Shown: positions 28,977 through 42,019 of the stretch, piece by piece
Numbering within the stretch: the first letter of the stretch is position 1
How the letters are laid out: every line of letters starts with the position of its first letter
Assembly: GCA_964016885.1 (NCBI GenBank)
Contig: OZ024743.1
Span: 263,252,001 to 263,316,000 of the forward strand
Source of the DNA: Eledone cirrhosa
Lineage: Eukaryota
Reading direction: 5' to 3'
Length of the DNA: 64,000 bases
Notes under the pieces: model-generated
Database searches by the model: none
Told to the model about the DNA's origin: nothing
What the model saw: only the letters and a program-made list of their open reading frames with translations
Position numbers and translations under genes: made by a program

Positions 28977-30506
28977 GTGGCACAAAAAATTATAAACGCC
29001 AAACAATACATAACTCAAGGGGAAAATGGTATTTTATCGGTAAAAATGCCTCAAGAACTCACCAAAGACATTGAAAGTCGGACGGTCGTTTTCCGCACCA
29101 TCAACAACATTTCTAAAAAACCTCAACAGCCAACACAAACAGAAATCAAAGCAGTACTTACAGAAGTACTTAATGAAACCACTTTCATAAGAAGAGACAG
29201 ACTGTATGGAAGCCTAGCGATTATTATGAAGAACGAATCGGCGGCAAAAAAATGTGCTTTGTCGCCGATTCGTTCGACAAATTTTACCTTTTATCCATCT
29301 TATATGGGTAAAAGAACTCAGCGCATATGGCTGGATGCAATGATGCCAGATGTGGACTACTGCTGGCTCATAACTGGCTTCATCGATCCAGCGAATGACA
29401 ACGTGATTTCCATTGGGAAAACCACAGGCAATGCGTTCAGTGGAACAGGTATAGAACTTGTAGTGCAAATGAAGCCTGAACGCATCGCCCACATACCCGA
29501 CAGAATCCTCTTAGAGGGCCACGGGTATATAAACATTAGCGTGGAGGGGAGAAGGCCGTCCTGTCATATCTGTGCAGGCAGAGGGCACCTGAAGGCGGCT
29601 TGTCCCCAACTCAACAAAAAGAAAACCCTGCTACCAACACCAGCTCCACCACCACCACAACAGATAAACAAACAACAAAACTCAGTCCCACCCAACCCGT
29701 CCCTCAGTAAAACTACACTTCCACCACAACACAAACAGTCACAACACATTACCCAAAAACAAAACACAGTCCCACCCAACCCCTCACTCAATAAAACAAC
29801 ACAACCACCGCAGCCACAACACACAACACAGTCTAACATAGTGACATCCATCTCCCCCACAAAGAAAACCAACACGGAAACATTACCAGCAAACATACCT
29901 CTTCCCTCCAACACTGAAGATAACCCAACGAATTCGGAGGAAGAAACGGAGTCCTTCAGACAGATTAAAAGGAAAAAAAGAAAACATGTGCAAAACACAC
30001 AAGGCCAAACAACCCCTACCCAAATGTCAACACAATCCAACAAAACACAAAATACCCCTCCAGCAACAAACAAAACCAAACCTGCCCCCCCCCTCTTCGA
30101 AACACTCACACCATCCGAAAAAAAGACATTACACTATACTTACATCAACAGAAACAATAATAAATTAAATGAACTCATAAACAATAATCCTTCGGTACAA
30201 ACCGAAGGTGTAAACTTTGTTTCTTCAGAAATCTACCCACATTTAAAATTAATAAAGATCCCAATGAACCTCTACCAAAAACTAAAAAAGTATTTTAAGG
30301 AGGACGTAGGACCACCCTCTGTCAAACCCATAAACCGCGTCCTACTAAAAAGCTTTCCCCCTCCCCTTCCCCTCCCCAACACAACTCCAAACACCCCAAC
30401 CCCACCACACACTGACGACCCCACACCACCACAAGACACCCCTTCACCCAACACCCCCCACTCCATGGAAATCGTGCGACCCGAACCCCGGGAAGCAGAA
30501 AGGTAG
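28977..30506 (+). CDS. LINE ORF1 (gag-like, zinc knuckle); true start uncertain
   Basis: 509-aa open frame with CHICAGRGHLKAAC (CX2CX4HX4C) and a Pro/Thr/Gln-rich C-terminal half. Confidence 0.85.
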   Translation: MAQKIINAKQYITQGENGILSVKMPQELTKDIESRTVVFRTINNISKKPQQPTQTEIKAVLTEVLNETTFIRRDRLYGSLAIIMKNESAAKKCALSPIRSTNFTFYPSYMGKRTQRIWLDAMMPDVDYCWLITGFIDPANDNVISIGKTTGNAFSGTGIELVVQMKPERIAHIPDRILLEGHGYINISVEGRRPSCHICAGRGHLKAACPQLNKKKTLLPTPAPPPPQQINKQQNSVPPNPSLSKTTLPPQHKQSQHITQKQNTVPPNPSLNKTTQPPQPQHTTQSNIVTSISPTKKTNTETLPANIPLPSNTEDNPTNSEEETESFRQIKRKKRKHVQNTQGQTTPTQMSTQSNKTQNTPPATNKTKPAPPLFETLTPSEKKTLHYTYINRNNNKLNELINNNPSVQTEGVNFVSSEIYPHLKLIKIPMNLYQKLKKYFKEDVGPPSVKPINRVLLKSFPPPLPLPNTTPNTPTPPHTDDPTPPQDTPSPNTPHSMEIVRPEPREAER

Positions 30507-30539
30507 GTCTCTACACTCTCCTTTGGCTTTGCCGCCCAC

Positions 30540-33500
30540 ATGGATGTGTTAAGAGTAGGATGTTTGAATGCACGTGGCCTGGGCTCAACTTGGAAGCAAG
30601 CAAAGCTTCTAAATGACCTCAGGTCACGGGGTATAAATGTAATGGTTATCTGTGAGACTCGGATCAGCGTCGTGCGGCAGCTGGCCCCTACCTTCGATGA
30701 CTTTGAGGTTCATGCATCTCTCTGTCAACCTGGAGGTGGGGGTGGGGTTGTCGTACTGCTGGAAAAACACCTGGGTCTCGCCGTACAGGTTGTTCACTCG
30801 GACCCGGAGGGTCGTTTGTTGGTGCTAGACGTTGGCAGTAGTGAAGGTGCGGCCTTGAGACTGGTCGCCGTCTACTCCCCTTTCGGAGCTGAACGGCCCG
30901 ACTTCTTCCAGCGTTTGGAGACTTTTCTGGGAACGTCGCGTTCCCTGCTTCTAGCGGGGGATTGGAATGACATCCTAGATGCACGTTGGGACTATGCAGG
31001 AGCATGTCCTAATAGAGGGGGGTGTAACAGCCTCAAGGGGTTACTCGACCGTTTTAACTTGGTCGATAGATATCGACTAGATTTTCCAACTGTGCCAACC
31101 TGAACTTGGACGAACCACAGTGGTCAATCTAGATCGTACTTAGATAGATTCTTAGTTAGAAGTAAGGATAGGGACATATTAAGCTGTCCAGAAATGCTCA
31201 CGGTTGGCTATACGGATCAAAAATTAGTGACCTGCGTAGTCAATCTCGAGAAAACACATAAACAGGGTCCCGGTTACTGGAACCTTAATTTGTCTTTACC
31301 GGCAAAAGAGACTTACAGAAACCGGATTAGCAGATTAGTTAAGGAGAGGTTTACGGGTGCAATCGTCAACAACCGATGGTGGGCATCTCTCAAAAGAGAG
31401 ATTAGAACAGAATCAATAAGTTATAGCAAGATGTTAGCTGCCGATAGGAATAGAAACGAGAAAGAATTAACAGGTAAATTAGAAGAGGCAATCAAGAGCG
31501 AAGATGTGGCCAGAGTGCTGGCATCGAGGACGGCCTTGAACCAGTTTTTCGATGCAAAGCACGAAGGCTGCGTCATTCGAAGTAAAATACGTGCTCTAGG
31601 TAATGAGGGGGCCAAAGCCGTTGGCTGGGCCCGCGTGACAGAAGCTAAGAGTGGAAATCGATCCACCCTCCGGTCTTTGCAAGACGAGGATGGACGGGTG
31701 ATCCGGGAGCCTAAGCAGATGTGCGAGGCCTTTCAAAGGCACTTTGCCCGATTATTCGGGGGAGGCGAGGGTCCGGGCGGGGACGTGGATTTCGGTCCAT
31801 ACCTCGACGGCCTGCCGCGTCTCTCGAGCGAAGAGGCAGAGTCCTGCGAGGGACCAATCTCGGCTGATGAGATCGGGGATGCGCTGAGCCAATGCAGCAG
31901 ACGCAAATCTCCAGGTCTCGATGGTATACCTTACGAACTTTATTTAGCAGTGCCGGTCTTCTTCTCCGAACTCCTCGAAGCGGTCTACTGCAATTGGCAG
32001 CAGAACGGGAGAATTCCTTGTTCTGTAGCCAAGGGCGTAGTCTCGCTGGTGAGGAAGGACGAGAACAAGGGTGATAGTATAAATAATTTTCGGCCCATAA
32101 CCCTGCTAAACACAGAGTTAAAGATTTTGGCCAAGGTTTTAGCAAAGAGGTTGGCGCTTGTCGTGGGTGGCCTGGTGGGAGATGCGCAGACATGTGCTAT
32201 CCCATCAAGGTCCATTCACGATAACCTCCACCTCATGCGATACATCATAGAGAGGGTTGGCAACAAACCCGGCTTCGGTGGGGCCCTGATCAACTTGGAT
32301 CAGTCTAAGGCCTTCGATAGGGTCGACCATGGTTACCTGGATGCGGTGCTAGCGGCGGCTGGGTTCGGTCCTGTTTTCAGAGACTGGATCACTGCCTTAC
32401 ATAGCAACCACATCTTTTCTAGGATCAAGGTGAACGGCTACCTTTCGAAGCCGTTCGAAATCACACGATCCATTTGACAGGGGTGCCCTCTCTCCTCCCA
32501 TCTGTACGTATTGACTCTCGAGCCTTTACTGAGGAAGTTGGAGTTGTTGCAGGGTATCCCCCTGGAACCAGGATTGAGCAAAGCGGTGTCGGCCTACGCC
32601 GATGACGTAACAGTAATGGTATCGACCGACTCGGAGATCGAGGCGATCGGTACCTTACTGGAGGATTACGAAAGGTTGTCAGGAGCGAAACTGAACCGGG
32701 AAAAATCCATCGGGCTGCAACTCGGAACGTGGAGAGGCAGACCGATGCCTCCCGACGGTGTCGTCGGACACTGGACGGAGGGCCCGGTGAAGTTGCTTGG
32801 GGTCTGGTTTGGACCGGACCTCCAGGTGGAAAAGAACTGGGACGAGGTTACGAACAAGGTGTTTGCACTAACCCAGAAATGGGCCAAGTGTAAGCTGTCC
32901 CTAAAAGGTCGGGCGGAGGTGGCGAACATTTACATAGCGTCCGTCACTTACTACCGCCTGACTGTCGTGCCTTGCCCTAAAGAAACACTCACCACCATGG
33001 AACGCATGCTCTTCCAATTTCTTTGGAAGAAGCGCCCTCCTATGGTGAGAAGATCCATCTGCTGCCAACAACCTTCGAAAGGAGGACTGGGGATGCCGTG
33101 GTTGATGATGCGTAGGCACGCATTAAGGCTACGGCACCTACAGGTATTCCTCACTGGTCAACCGGTGTGGGCTCCGTTCGTGAAACGAGCCTTTCCGAGA
33201 CTCGTCTCGCTCACCGAGCTGCAGTCCTGGGTCAAGCAAAGATCCGGAAAACTGGGAGACTGGCACACTGGGTGTGCCCAGGCGCTCATGGCTCTCTGGC
33301 AAGCGGGCCAGGCCATCGGTGGAGAATCCACCTCATCATTCTATAGAGGGCTGGTGGCTAGCAGGGGCGATGACACCCTTGGAGAGTCGCTGGACATGGA
33401 AGAGGACGAACTGGCCAGCCTGTTCGGTAGGACTTTCGGCCCGGGACCAATGGACAACTTCCAGAAGTCACTAGCCTGGCAGTGCTACCGGGGTCTCTAC

Positions 33501-33976
33501 CCGTTCGAGAGAGGCTCTACAGACACGGGCGCCCGGGCAGGGATCCCTCGAAAAAGTTTTGCCCTAGATGCGTGCGTCACGAAGAATCCGTTGCGCACGT
33601 ATTGGTGCAATGTCCGGGCGTGGCTGATCTGTGGGGCTACGTCGAACGACTGCTGTCGCGGGTGGCGCCGATTCGATTGACCGCCGAGTCCGTGATGACA
33701 ATCAAGCCGCCTCCCCTCTTCACAAAGGAAGCGAAGGCGGTTTTTCTGTGCGTAATAGCCATGTTGAAAGAGGTTGTTTGGTGGACACGATTGAAAGGTC
33801 TGAGGTCAGGCAACTTCCTCTCTGGCCATAGTCTGGTCTACTTCTTCCGATATCACTTCGGAAGAAGGATAAGAATGGAGAGAGAGGTGCTTGGCCACAG
33901 GCAGTTTTATGAAAGGTGGGTGATAGTGGCGAGAATGGCTCGTGTAAATGGGCCTTCTCTGTATACCATCCTGTAG
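30540..33976 (+). pseudogene. LINE ORF2 (APE endonuclease plus reverse transcriptase) with two in-frame TGA stops and a frameshift
   Basis: LNARGL, GDWN, SYLDR, KSPGLDG, FRPITLLN, DQSKAFDRV, QGCPLS, AYADD and CPRC..HVL..C. Stops fall at 31101 (PT*TW) and 32475 (SI*QG), with a frameshift near 33490. Confidence 0.92.
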
Positions 33977-34318
33977 GTAAAGAAGTGAAGGAGAGGGGAG
34001 CACCTTCTCCAAGTGCTCCCCGGGCAAAGGATTGCACACTTTTTCGGGGGTGTGTGCAACCCCCATTACGTCCCCTCTCTTTTGAGGTTGTTTTCGATTA
34101 TTTTCATTTTATACCCTTTTTACTCGATTTTATGTAAACTCCCCCTTTGTATTTGTCCCTTCTTTTTATGCCTTTATGGTAAATAAAGAAATATATATAT
34201 ATATATATATATATAGTAATAATAATAAATTTGAAGACTAAAATCCAAAGAGGGCTCGATAACGATAAATATATATCAAATATATAAGAACCGTAGAGCA
34301 AATATTTATTAAAATTTA

Positions 34319-34484
<166 letters not shown>

Positions 34485-34608
34485 AGGAGGTGAGTTTTAT
34501 TGTCGTACAATAAGGCAATGCAGATATCGGATAAGTAGCACTCTACAGTTTGTAGGACTGGAGTATAAATAATATAAGATCAAAAGATGGTTAAAAGAGT
34601 TCCATGTA

Positions 34609-34675
34609 TTTTATTATGCGAATTTCAAAAACAAATATCATCATGAGATGACATTTGCGTTTTCGTCAGATAAAA
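34609..34675 (-). ncRNA. Type I HHR (family E, also at 50334-50402)
   Basis: ttttat-CTGACGA-long hairpin stem II-GAAA-ttcgca-TA-ataaaa. It lies in an element (about 34485-34705) homologous to 50296-50845. Confidence 0.6.
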
Positions 34676-34908
34676 CAGGGATACATGATATGAAGGTTAA
34701 AAATCCGAAACGTTAAGACTCTTTTCCTATTATATCAAGCATAAAACTAATAATATATTTCTTCATTGTACTGTGTCATTTGCTTTGTTATTTCTGTTTG
34801 CCTGTTGCATATACACATAGATACGCGCGCGCACCTGTACCTATTTGTGTGTGTACGTGTGTGTGTGTTTAGACAGTTAATTTCTTGTATAATAAATTAA
34901 TAGGATCG

Positions 34909-35005
34909 TCTTACTGATGAAGGTCTGTATCTTAACAAAAAAATATCGATTAAATTGTGGTAATTATTGTGTTGTTTTGAAGACCAGAAACAGACTTATC
35001 TAAGG
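34909..35005 (+). ncRNA. Candidate HHR with enlarged stem II (family F)
   Basis: tctta-CTGATGA-a ggtct...agacc a-GAAA-cagactta-TC-taagg. Stem III is imperfect. Confidence 0.5.
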
Positions 35006-35258
35006 ATTTAGTACAAATATATATTGCTAATGTAATGCAAGTAATATTTTAATGTTCTACTTGATTATATGTTTTTGTTTATGCCAGATATTAATAATGT
35101 GTTATCCATAAACATATCTGTATGAGTGCCCTCTGCTTTTGGTATTTTAGCGCCAGATTTACATCAAGGCGTTATGGTAAACGAGTCGATATCTTGACAT
35201 ATCAATATACTTTCATTGTATGTATACATACAGGCACACACACACACACACACACACA

Positions 35259-35367
<109 letters not shown>

Positions 35368-35635
35368 ATGTATATATGTATGTATATATGTATGTATGTA
35401 TATGTTCTGGTTTTATAATTTCACAAATTTTTGCCAATAGAGAGAGAGTCGGTTTCTAACATAGATACAACACACTCTTTCAATGGAATTTACACATCAA
35501 CTAGTTAGATATGTATGCATGTCTGCATACATGCGTGTGCAGGTATGGATGTTATTGTATGTGTGGATGTAGATGTATTGAGTTATATGTGTGCATGTGC
35601 ATATGCTTTGTATCTGTACAATGTATATGTAGTTA

Positions 35636-36490
35636 TTAGATGCAGAAATTTTGGAATGTTTTACATATTTTTACTGTTCCATTAATGACTTGTACGTGTA
35701 ATTTCCTAACTAGTCGTGTTTTTTTCTGTTTCTGTGAAACCCAGCTTCTCAAGATTTGTATTGAGGCAGTTACTAACTTATTCACAGCTATAAATCTGAA
35801 GGTATAGTCATGGTGGAGTATCTGCAGATTTCTCATTAGTTCTGCATAGATATTCTCCTTTTCACTAATCTTTAATACTATATTGACATCTGCTGGGCAG
35901 CAAACGTCCACTACTGTGCGTGCCTTCTTTTCCCTGTCCACTATCATTATGTCTGGTCTGTTATGCCTGTATTTTATTGGGGTTTTTACTGGAACATTCC
36001 ACCAGTACTCTTTCATATTATGTATATGTTTGTCTTCCACATTGTTGTAACTTTTAATGTGTTTATTATCGGTGCTATCTTTTCTACGGATTAAATTGTT
36101 CACTGTTTTGGCCACTACATCATGCCTCATAGGTAAAGAGTACCACAATGACATCTTTGGACAGCTGCTTATGACATGGGTGATATCTTCGATGTTAATT
36201 CTGGAGAGTCTGCACTTGTTATCACATCTAGGAGTTTTGGATGCATCCCTATCTCTTTTGTGAATCAGGTATATTGTGTTGATTTCCTGTTTTTGGATTG
36301 CAAAAGTGTATCCTTTAAAGAGGGAGCCAATATAGCAGTTGTTGGTCCAAGATAGATTACTTTCCTTATCTATATTACTCTCACTCTGGAGCTTCCTGGC
36401 AACATATCCATGCATGATCTTTTGCTGATAAGCATGCAGCTTTTCATCTATGGATTCACTGCGGTACTGCTAGGCAATTACCCTGGGTGG
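35636..36490 (-). pseudogene. R4/Dong-like LINE 3' fragment (zinc finger plus restriction-like endonuclease)
   Basis: CRL..EDITHVISSC, RHD, NRPDI and K...Y motifs. It is clearly homologous to 62090-64000. Confidence 0.85.
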
Positions 36491-36597
36491 GAGTTTATGT
36501 ATATATATCTATACATGTACATACATATATACATACATAAACTGTGTGTAAGTGTATGTATGTATGTATATGTATATAAATAAACACACATGTATAT

Positions 36598-36650
<53 letters not shown>

Positions 36651-36744
36651 AATATAATAGGGGATTCAGTAGATCTGTGGTTTACTGAGGTAAGTACGAG
36701 TATACCAATTTTAGTAATCTATATGAAAGCAGGGTGTATACATA

Positions 36745-37008
36745 AAGAAGAAGAAAATGAGGTTTCACATTGAGGTTTTTATTGATTAGGCTCAGTTACG
36801 AACTTTTTACAAATGGGTGGCGCAAGATCGATATTTGTGTTTTAGACCCAACCCCAATCCGAATATGCTCAACATGGTTTTGTTTGACAAAAATATTGGG
36901 GTTGGAGTCGGATCTATAACACTAATATGGATCTTATCCACTCATTTGTGAAACGTTCACAACTGAGCCTAATCAATAAAAGCCTCAATGTGAAACCTCA
37001 TTTTGTTC

Positions 37009-37013
<5 letters not shown>
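36745..37013. repeat. Diverged fold-back element ending in (TA)n
   Basis: aaaatgaggtttcacattgagg.ttttattgattaggctcagtt and its reverse complement at about 36960-37003. Confidence 0.75.
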
Positions 37014-37085
<72 letters not shown>

Positions 37086-37129
37086 CAATGATATTAAATA
37101 AATGGAAACTATATTTATAAAACCATATT

Positions 37130-37190
37130 TATTCTATTATATATATTTCAAGGGTACCAAAACTTCGGTACACTCTCATCAGATAAAATA
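37130..37190 (-). ncRNA. Type I HHR (family G)
   Basis: tattttat-CTGATGA-gagtgtaccgaagttttggtaccctt-GAAA-tatata-TA-atagaata. It is homologous to 49640-50020. Confidence 0.7.
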
Positions 37191-37646
37191 CAAAGTTTGT
37201 TATATAAATATTGACATAACCAGGAAGAAGATCTTAACGGTTCAAGTTTTTCCTGGATAGTAAAGGAAAAAAGGGAAAGAGAAGAAAAGTCAAATATTTC
37301 AAATTATTAAGACGAGTATGCAAATGAGGTTGAGGTATAGGGCTGAAAAAAAACCGCTATTTTTAGACGCTAGGTAGATTTACATAATTATTAGGATATA
37401 TGTATGTATGTGTAGGAAGAAGAAAGAGAAAGAAAGAAGAGCTTGTTACGTTAATTTAAAAAGAATTAACAGTTTGTAGGAATGGTGGAATATGATTCCA
37501 GAATTTAAAAAAATTATTTAGCTATATTATGAGTTATAATATTGTGTATATAATCAATTAGATTATATGAAAAATTATGGTTGTAAGTACATTTTATCTT
37601 ATTACATTACTTACAGGTTGTAAGTATATAAATATCTATATAGATA

Positions 37647-37756
37647 AATAATTGTTTCTGTTTTAGGCACAAGGCCAGCAATTACCTAGTACATTACTGG
37701 TACTTTATTTTATCGACCCCGTAAGGATGAAAGGCAAAGTTAACCTCGGCGGGATC
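37647..37756 (-). mobile_element. tRNA-SINE 3' half
   Basis: Homologous to the major SINE family. Confidence 0.8.
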
Positions 37757-37919
37757 TATATAGATTAATAATGTGCAAGTATAAGTATTATTGGTGATTT
37801 TATAGATATAAAACACAATTATTAATTGTTTATATTTCTCATGAAGGATGTTGATTTTACATTTTACATAAAACAATTTAAGAAAAAGACGTAGTTCAAG
37901 TTGTATATATAGATATGTT

Positions 37920-37960
<41 letters not shown>

Positions 37961-37988
37961 ACATATATACAAATATATCTATATATAC

Positions 37989-38028
<40 letters not shown>

Positions 38029-38031
<3 letters not shown>

Positions 38032-38172
38032 AAAAAGTTTAACCACGACGGCAGAGCTCAAGCCGTTTCGACGGCTATTTCTGGACTATTAGTCCAGAAA
38101 TAGCCGTCGAAACGGTATTGAGTACTCTGGTGCGTTATGATCCATCTGGTTCCTTACCACATCTCCTCCGTT
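38029..38172. repeat. Hairpin module (25-bp perfect stem) plus tail, between (TA)n tracts
   Basis: ccgtttcgacggctatttctggact-att-agtccagaaatagccgtcgaaacgg. It is homologous to 55169-55365. Confidence 0.8.
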
Positions 38173-38194
38173 ATATATATATATATATATATAA

Positions 38195-38440
38195 GTATGT
38201 ATACGTACATACATATATGTATACAGATGTACAGTAGTATTATATACATACATGCACACATATATATATATGTACGTATAGGTTTACCGAACATTTATTA
38301 TAATGTTCGTTTTTTTTGTAAACAAACAGCCCGAATTAAGCCGTACAATGTTCTGCAACCATCGTTGCCCTTTTGTTCAACACTGACAAAGGAACGATGA
38401 ACTAGTTTCTAGCTTATTAGCTGTCATCAGCGCTGTATAC
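38195..38440 (-). mobile_element. Family A HHR element truncated by the adjacent LINE
   Basis: Minus-strand CTGATGA-cagctaataagcta-GAAA-ctag-TT-catcgtt at about 38393-38436. Confidence 0.7.
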
Positions 38441-38449
38441 CTTCCTGTC

Positions 38450-39531
38450 AGTTGGGAATGCCGTGGCTGATGATGCACAAACATGCGCTGAGGCTGCGGC
38501 ATCTCCAGGTATTCTTCACCGACCCCCAACCGGTGTGGGCACCATTTGTGAGACATGCTTTCCCACAGCTCGTCTCGCTGACGGAGCTGCAGTCCTGGGT
38601 CAAGAAAAGACCGAAAACGATGGGCGCCTGGCACGTTGAATGTGCTCAGGCGCTCACAGTCCTCTGGCAAGCGGGCGCAGCAATCAGTGGAGACTCCACT
38701 TCGACATTCTATAGAGTGATTGTACGTTACAAGGGCGACGACATGCTCGGAGAGACTCTGCGCGTCAAAGACGATGAGCTCACCAGTCGGTTTGGTAGGA
38801 CTTTCCGCCCGGGACCTATGGACAACTTCCAGAGGTCCCTGGCCTGGCAGTACTACCGAGGAGCTCTGCCGGTTCGTGACAAGATCTACAGGCATGGACG
38901 CCCCAGCAAGGATCCTTCCAAGAGGACGTGTCCAAGATGCGCGCAGGACATTGAAACAGTCCTGCACGCAATTGTACACTGCCCGGGCGTAACCGACCAG
39001 TTGACTGCCGAGTCCATAGTAAGGATCAAACCGCCAGCCTCTTTCAAAAACGAAGGAGAGGCGGTTTTCCTCTGTACAGTGGCTATGGTGAAAGAAGTTA
39101 TATGGTGGACGAGATTGAGAGGACTGAGGGCAGATGCCTTTCTCTCCGAACAACAATTGATTCCCTTCTTTAAGTATCACTTTAAAAGGAGAATCAGAGT
39201 GGAGAGAGAGGCACTACACCCCAGTAAATTTACTGAAAGGTGGGTGAATGAAGCAAAAATGGCCCGAGTGATTAGGCCTTCTCTGTTTATAAGCCTGTAG
39301 GTTAAAGAAGAGAGCAAAAGGAAGAAAGGAGCACTTGCACAACACGTTCTTGGAGTTGAGGGTTGTTCTATCGACGGGGTATTAAACAGCACATTTGTGG
39401 CGCTTCCGCCTATTGGGGATTTCGATTGTTGTAATTGTTTGTTTTATATTTTTTACACGACTGTATGTAAAATCCCCTGCATGTCTTTGTATTGTTCCCT
39501 TTTCTTGTGCGCCCTTGTGGCAAATAAAGAA

Positions 39532-39532
<1 letters not shown>
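38450..39532 (+). mobile_element. 5'-truncated Tx1/L1 LINE, sister subfamily of 28959-34190
   Basis: The 282-aa ORF aligns with the ORF2 C-terminus (GMPWLMM, PGPMDNFQ, CPRC). It ends aataaagaaa followed by (TCTA)n. Confidence 0.9.
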
Positions 39533-39573
<41 letters not shown>

Positions 39574-39595
39574 TTATCTATCTATCTATATCTAA

Positions 39596-40000
39596 CAAGG
39601 GGCTCAAACATGCGGCCCGCGAACTACTTTTCTGTGGCCCGTGGTAGAACCAATATTTCATATTGCATTATAACTGGTGTAAACAAGTCGGTGAGCTGGT
39701 GGAATCGTTAGCACATCTGGCGAAATGCTTAACAGTACTTCTTTCGTTTTTACGTTCTGAGTTCAAATTCCGCCAATATCAACTTTGCCTTTCATCCTTT
39801 TGGTGTCAGTGAATTAAGTACCAGTTGTGTACTAGAATCGATGTAATCGACTGAACCCTAAACCCCAAATTTCATGGTTTGTTCCTATAGTAGAAATGAT
39901 TATAACTGGTGAAAATCTTCACCCACCACAACGTTTGGCCCACTGTGCCTCTGCTCCAGGACGTAATGGTCCGTTTGTGTCCTTAAGTTTGAGACCCCTC
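39596..40000. mobile_element. hAT (Charlie-like) MITE interrupted by a diverged SINE (about 39686-39898)
   Basis: Ends caaggggctcaaac / gtttgagacccct with an internal gcggcccgcg motif. attataactggtg is duplicated at 39667 and 39899. Confidence 0.6.
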
Positions 40001-40084
40001 TTCTACACACACACACATATATAGTTTACTTTTTTCTGTCTCTAGACTACGCTCATGCTGGAGAATTACCTTGGTAAGTTATGG

Positions 40085-40278
40085 GGACGTCAACAAACCA
40101 ACAAGCATTGGTGGAAGGGCAGACACAAAAACAAAGACACACACAGACATATATACATATATACGACGGGCTTCTTTTAGTTTCGATCTATCAAATCCAC
40201 TCACTGGGCTTTGGTGAGCCCGGGCAGTGTGACTGAACCCGGAAATACGTGGTCGGGAAGCAAGCTTCTTGTCACACT

Positions 40279-40282
<4 letters not shown>
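40085..40282 (-). mobile_element. Second tRNA-SINE family (resembles octopus OK/OR-type SINEs, from recall)
   Basis: Minus strand: aagaagcttgcttcccgaccacg..ccgggttcagtc..gtgagtggatttg..aaactaaaagaagcccgtcgtatat. Confidence 0.65.
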
Positions 40283-40315
<33 letters not shown>

Positions 40316-40318
<3 letters not shown>

Positions 40319-41452
40319 AGGGCGGCTAAAATCCCGAGATGCATGGACGAGTTCTCTCCAGCGGTCTCTGTCCCTCATTATCACTGCCATGTCCTGTGTG
40401 TCCAACAGACCAGTGTATGTCCTTAGGGCATCAACATACGTTAACCTTGGTCTTCCTCTTCCAGTGTGTCCATGCAGGGGCTCCCACAGGAGCACTGAGT
40501 GCAGTGTCAACTCTGGATGTCGGTGAACATGTCCAGCTAACCTCAGTCACCTCTGTGTTACATTCGAGCTGACTTTTGGGAGGCTCCCATGCAGCTCTGA
40601 GGTTTTCATCCTCAGTGATTAATGTTCAGAGCTATCCTCAGCCTTCTCATGTAGCACCCATCCACCATCTGAGTGAGTTTCTTGGTCAGTGTCCAAGTCT
40701 CAGACCCGTACAGCAGCACAGACGCCACCACAGCAATGAAGAGGCGGATCCTCATGTCTTCACGAAGGTTCGACTACTGCACCGATATCAAACTGTGGCA
40801 CACTGCTAGGCTTTGCTCTTCCTCTCAACCACATCATCTTCCGTATTCCCAATCTTTGCTCCAAAATACAGGAAGTCCTCAACCAATTCTAGCGGCTTCC
40901 TGCCTACATTACTGATCCCCTATGGCTTCTCAACATTCTCTCCCAGACATTTTGTCTTATTCTCATTCATTCTCAGCCCCACATTCATCGACGCAGTCTC
41001 AACTTCTGGCATCAAATCCTCTGCCTCCTTCACTGTATTTGCCACCAAAACTATGTCGTCAGCAAATTCAGCATCCGATATCTTTTTCGCCTTAACTCTC
41101 CTGCTCTGAGCCGGTGTTACAGTAAAGCCAGAGTCCTGGTGTTTCTCCAGTTCAAGGCACATACAATAGTCCACTACGATGATAAAAAGGTAGGGAGCCA
41201 ATGTATCTCCCTGGAGCAATCCAGAGCAGTATCTCAAAGAACTCTGTCATGCCATCAAGTGACTTGGTTTTTGGTGTTGGTGTAGAGCAGTGATATCAGG
41301 TCCACTATCTTCTTGGGGATTCCATAAGCCTGTAAGATCTCCATCAGACAGTGACGGTCCACAGAATCAAAGGCCTTCATAAAGTCAATGAAAACCATGA
41401 CCGTAGGAAGGCACTTTGCTCTAGCTCCCTCTAATATCATCCTCAGCATCAG

Positions 41453-41453
<1 letters not shown>
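40316..41453 (-). pseudogene. RTE-clade LINE 3' part (decayed RT)
   Basis: FIDFMKAFDSVDR, GLLQGDTLAPYLFIIVVDY, EFADD and GRGRPRLTYVD..RDRWR. Both ends lie in microsatellites. Confidence 0.85.
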
Positions 41454-41502
<49 letters not shown>

Positions 41503-41521
41503 ACACACATATATATATATA

Positions 41522-41602
<81 letters not shown>

Positions 41603-41644
41603 ATAATATATATATTTTACACACACCCACATCATATATATATA

Positions 41645-41976
41645 CGAGGGTGAACCCAAAAGTAATGTCTCCAAAGTGATAGGACGCAGAGAAACTGTTC
41701 GTACGGCTGTTGGCAAACTGTTATGATTGGTGTTTCCTTCACTCCCAAACAAGCATGCGCACGCTTCACTTGGATGCTCAATCTTGGGTTGGCAGCCGTT
41801 CTGAATGGAGCTCCCGTTGAACGCTACCGCCAAGTGCGAATTTTGCGTAAAGATCGGCGGATCACTCTGGATGATCTCTGCATTTTGGTTCCTGAAGTTT
41901 CCCGAAGTACCATCCACAGGATTTTAACGGAAAAGTTGCAATATCATAAGGAGACCTTACTTTTGGGATTGCCCTC

Positions 41977-41977
<1 letters not shown>
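41645..41977 (+). mobile_element. Internally deleted mariner element
   Basis: TA|cgagggtgaacccaaaagtaatgtctcc ... ggagaccttacttttgggattgccctcg|TA, with a transposase HTH remnant DRRITLDDL..VSRSTIHRILTEKL. Confidence 0.85.

Positions 41978-42015
<38 letters not shown>

Positions 42016-42019
<4 letters not shown>

Larger units (their letters stand above)
28959..34190 (+). mobile_element. Near full-length Tx1/L1-clade LINE inserted in (TA)n
   Basis: ORF1 with a CCHC knuckle, ORF2 with APE, RT and a Cys-rich tail, and a 3' aataaagaa running directly into (AT)n. Confidence 0.92.

Noticed and set aside
31101-32477. Programmed readthrough of TGA in LINE ORF2
   Set aside because: The stops replace conserved Trp (PTWTW) and Arg (SIRQG) codons, consistent with ordinary decay.
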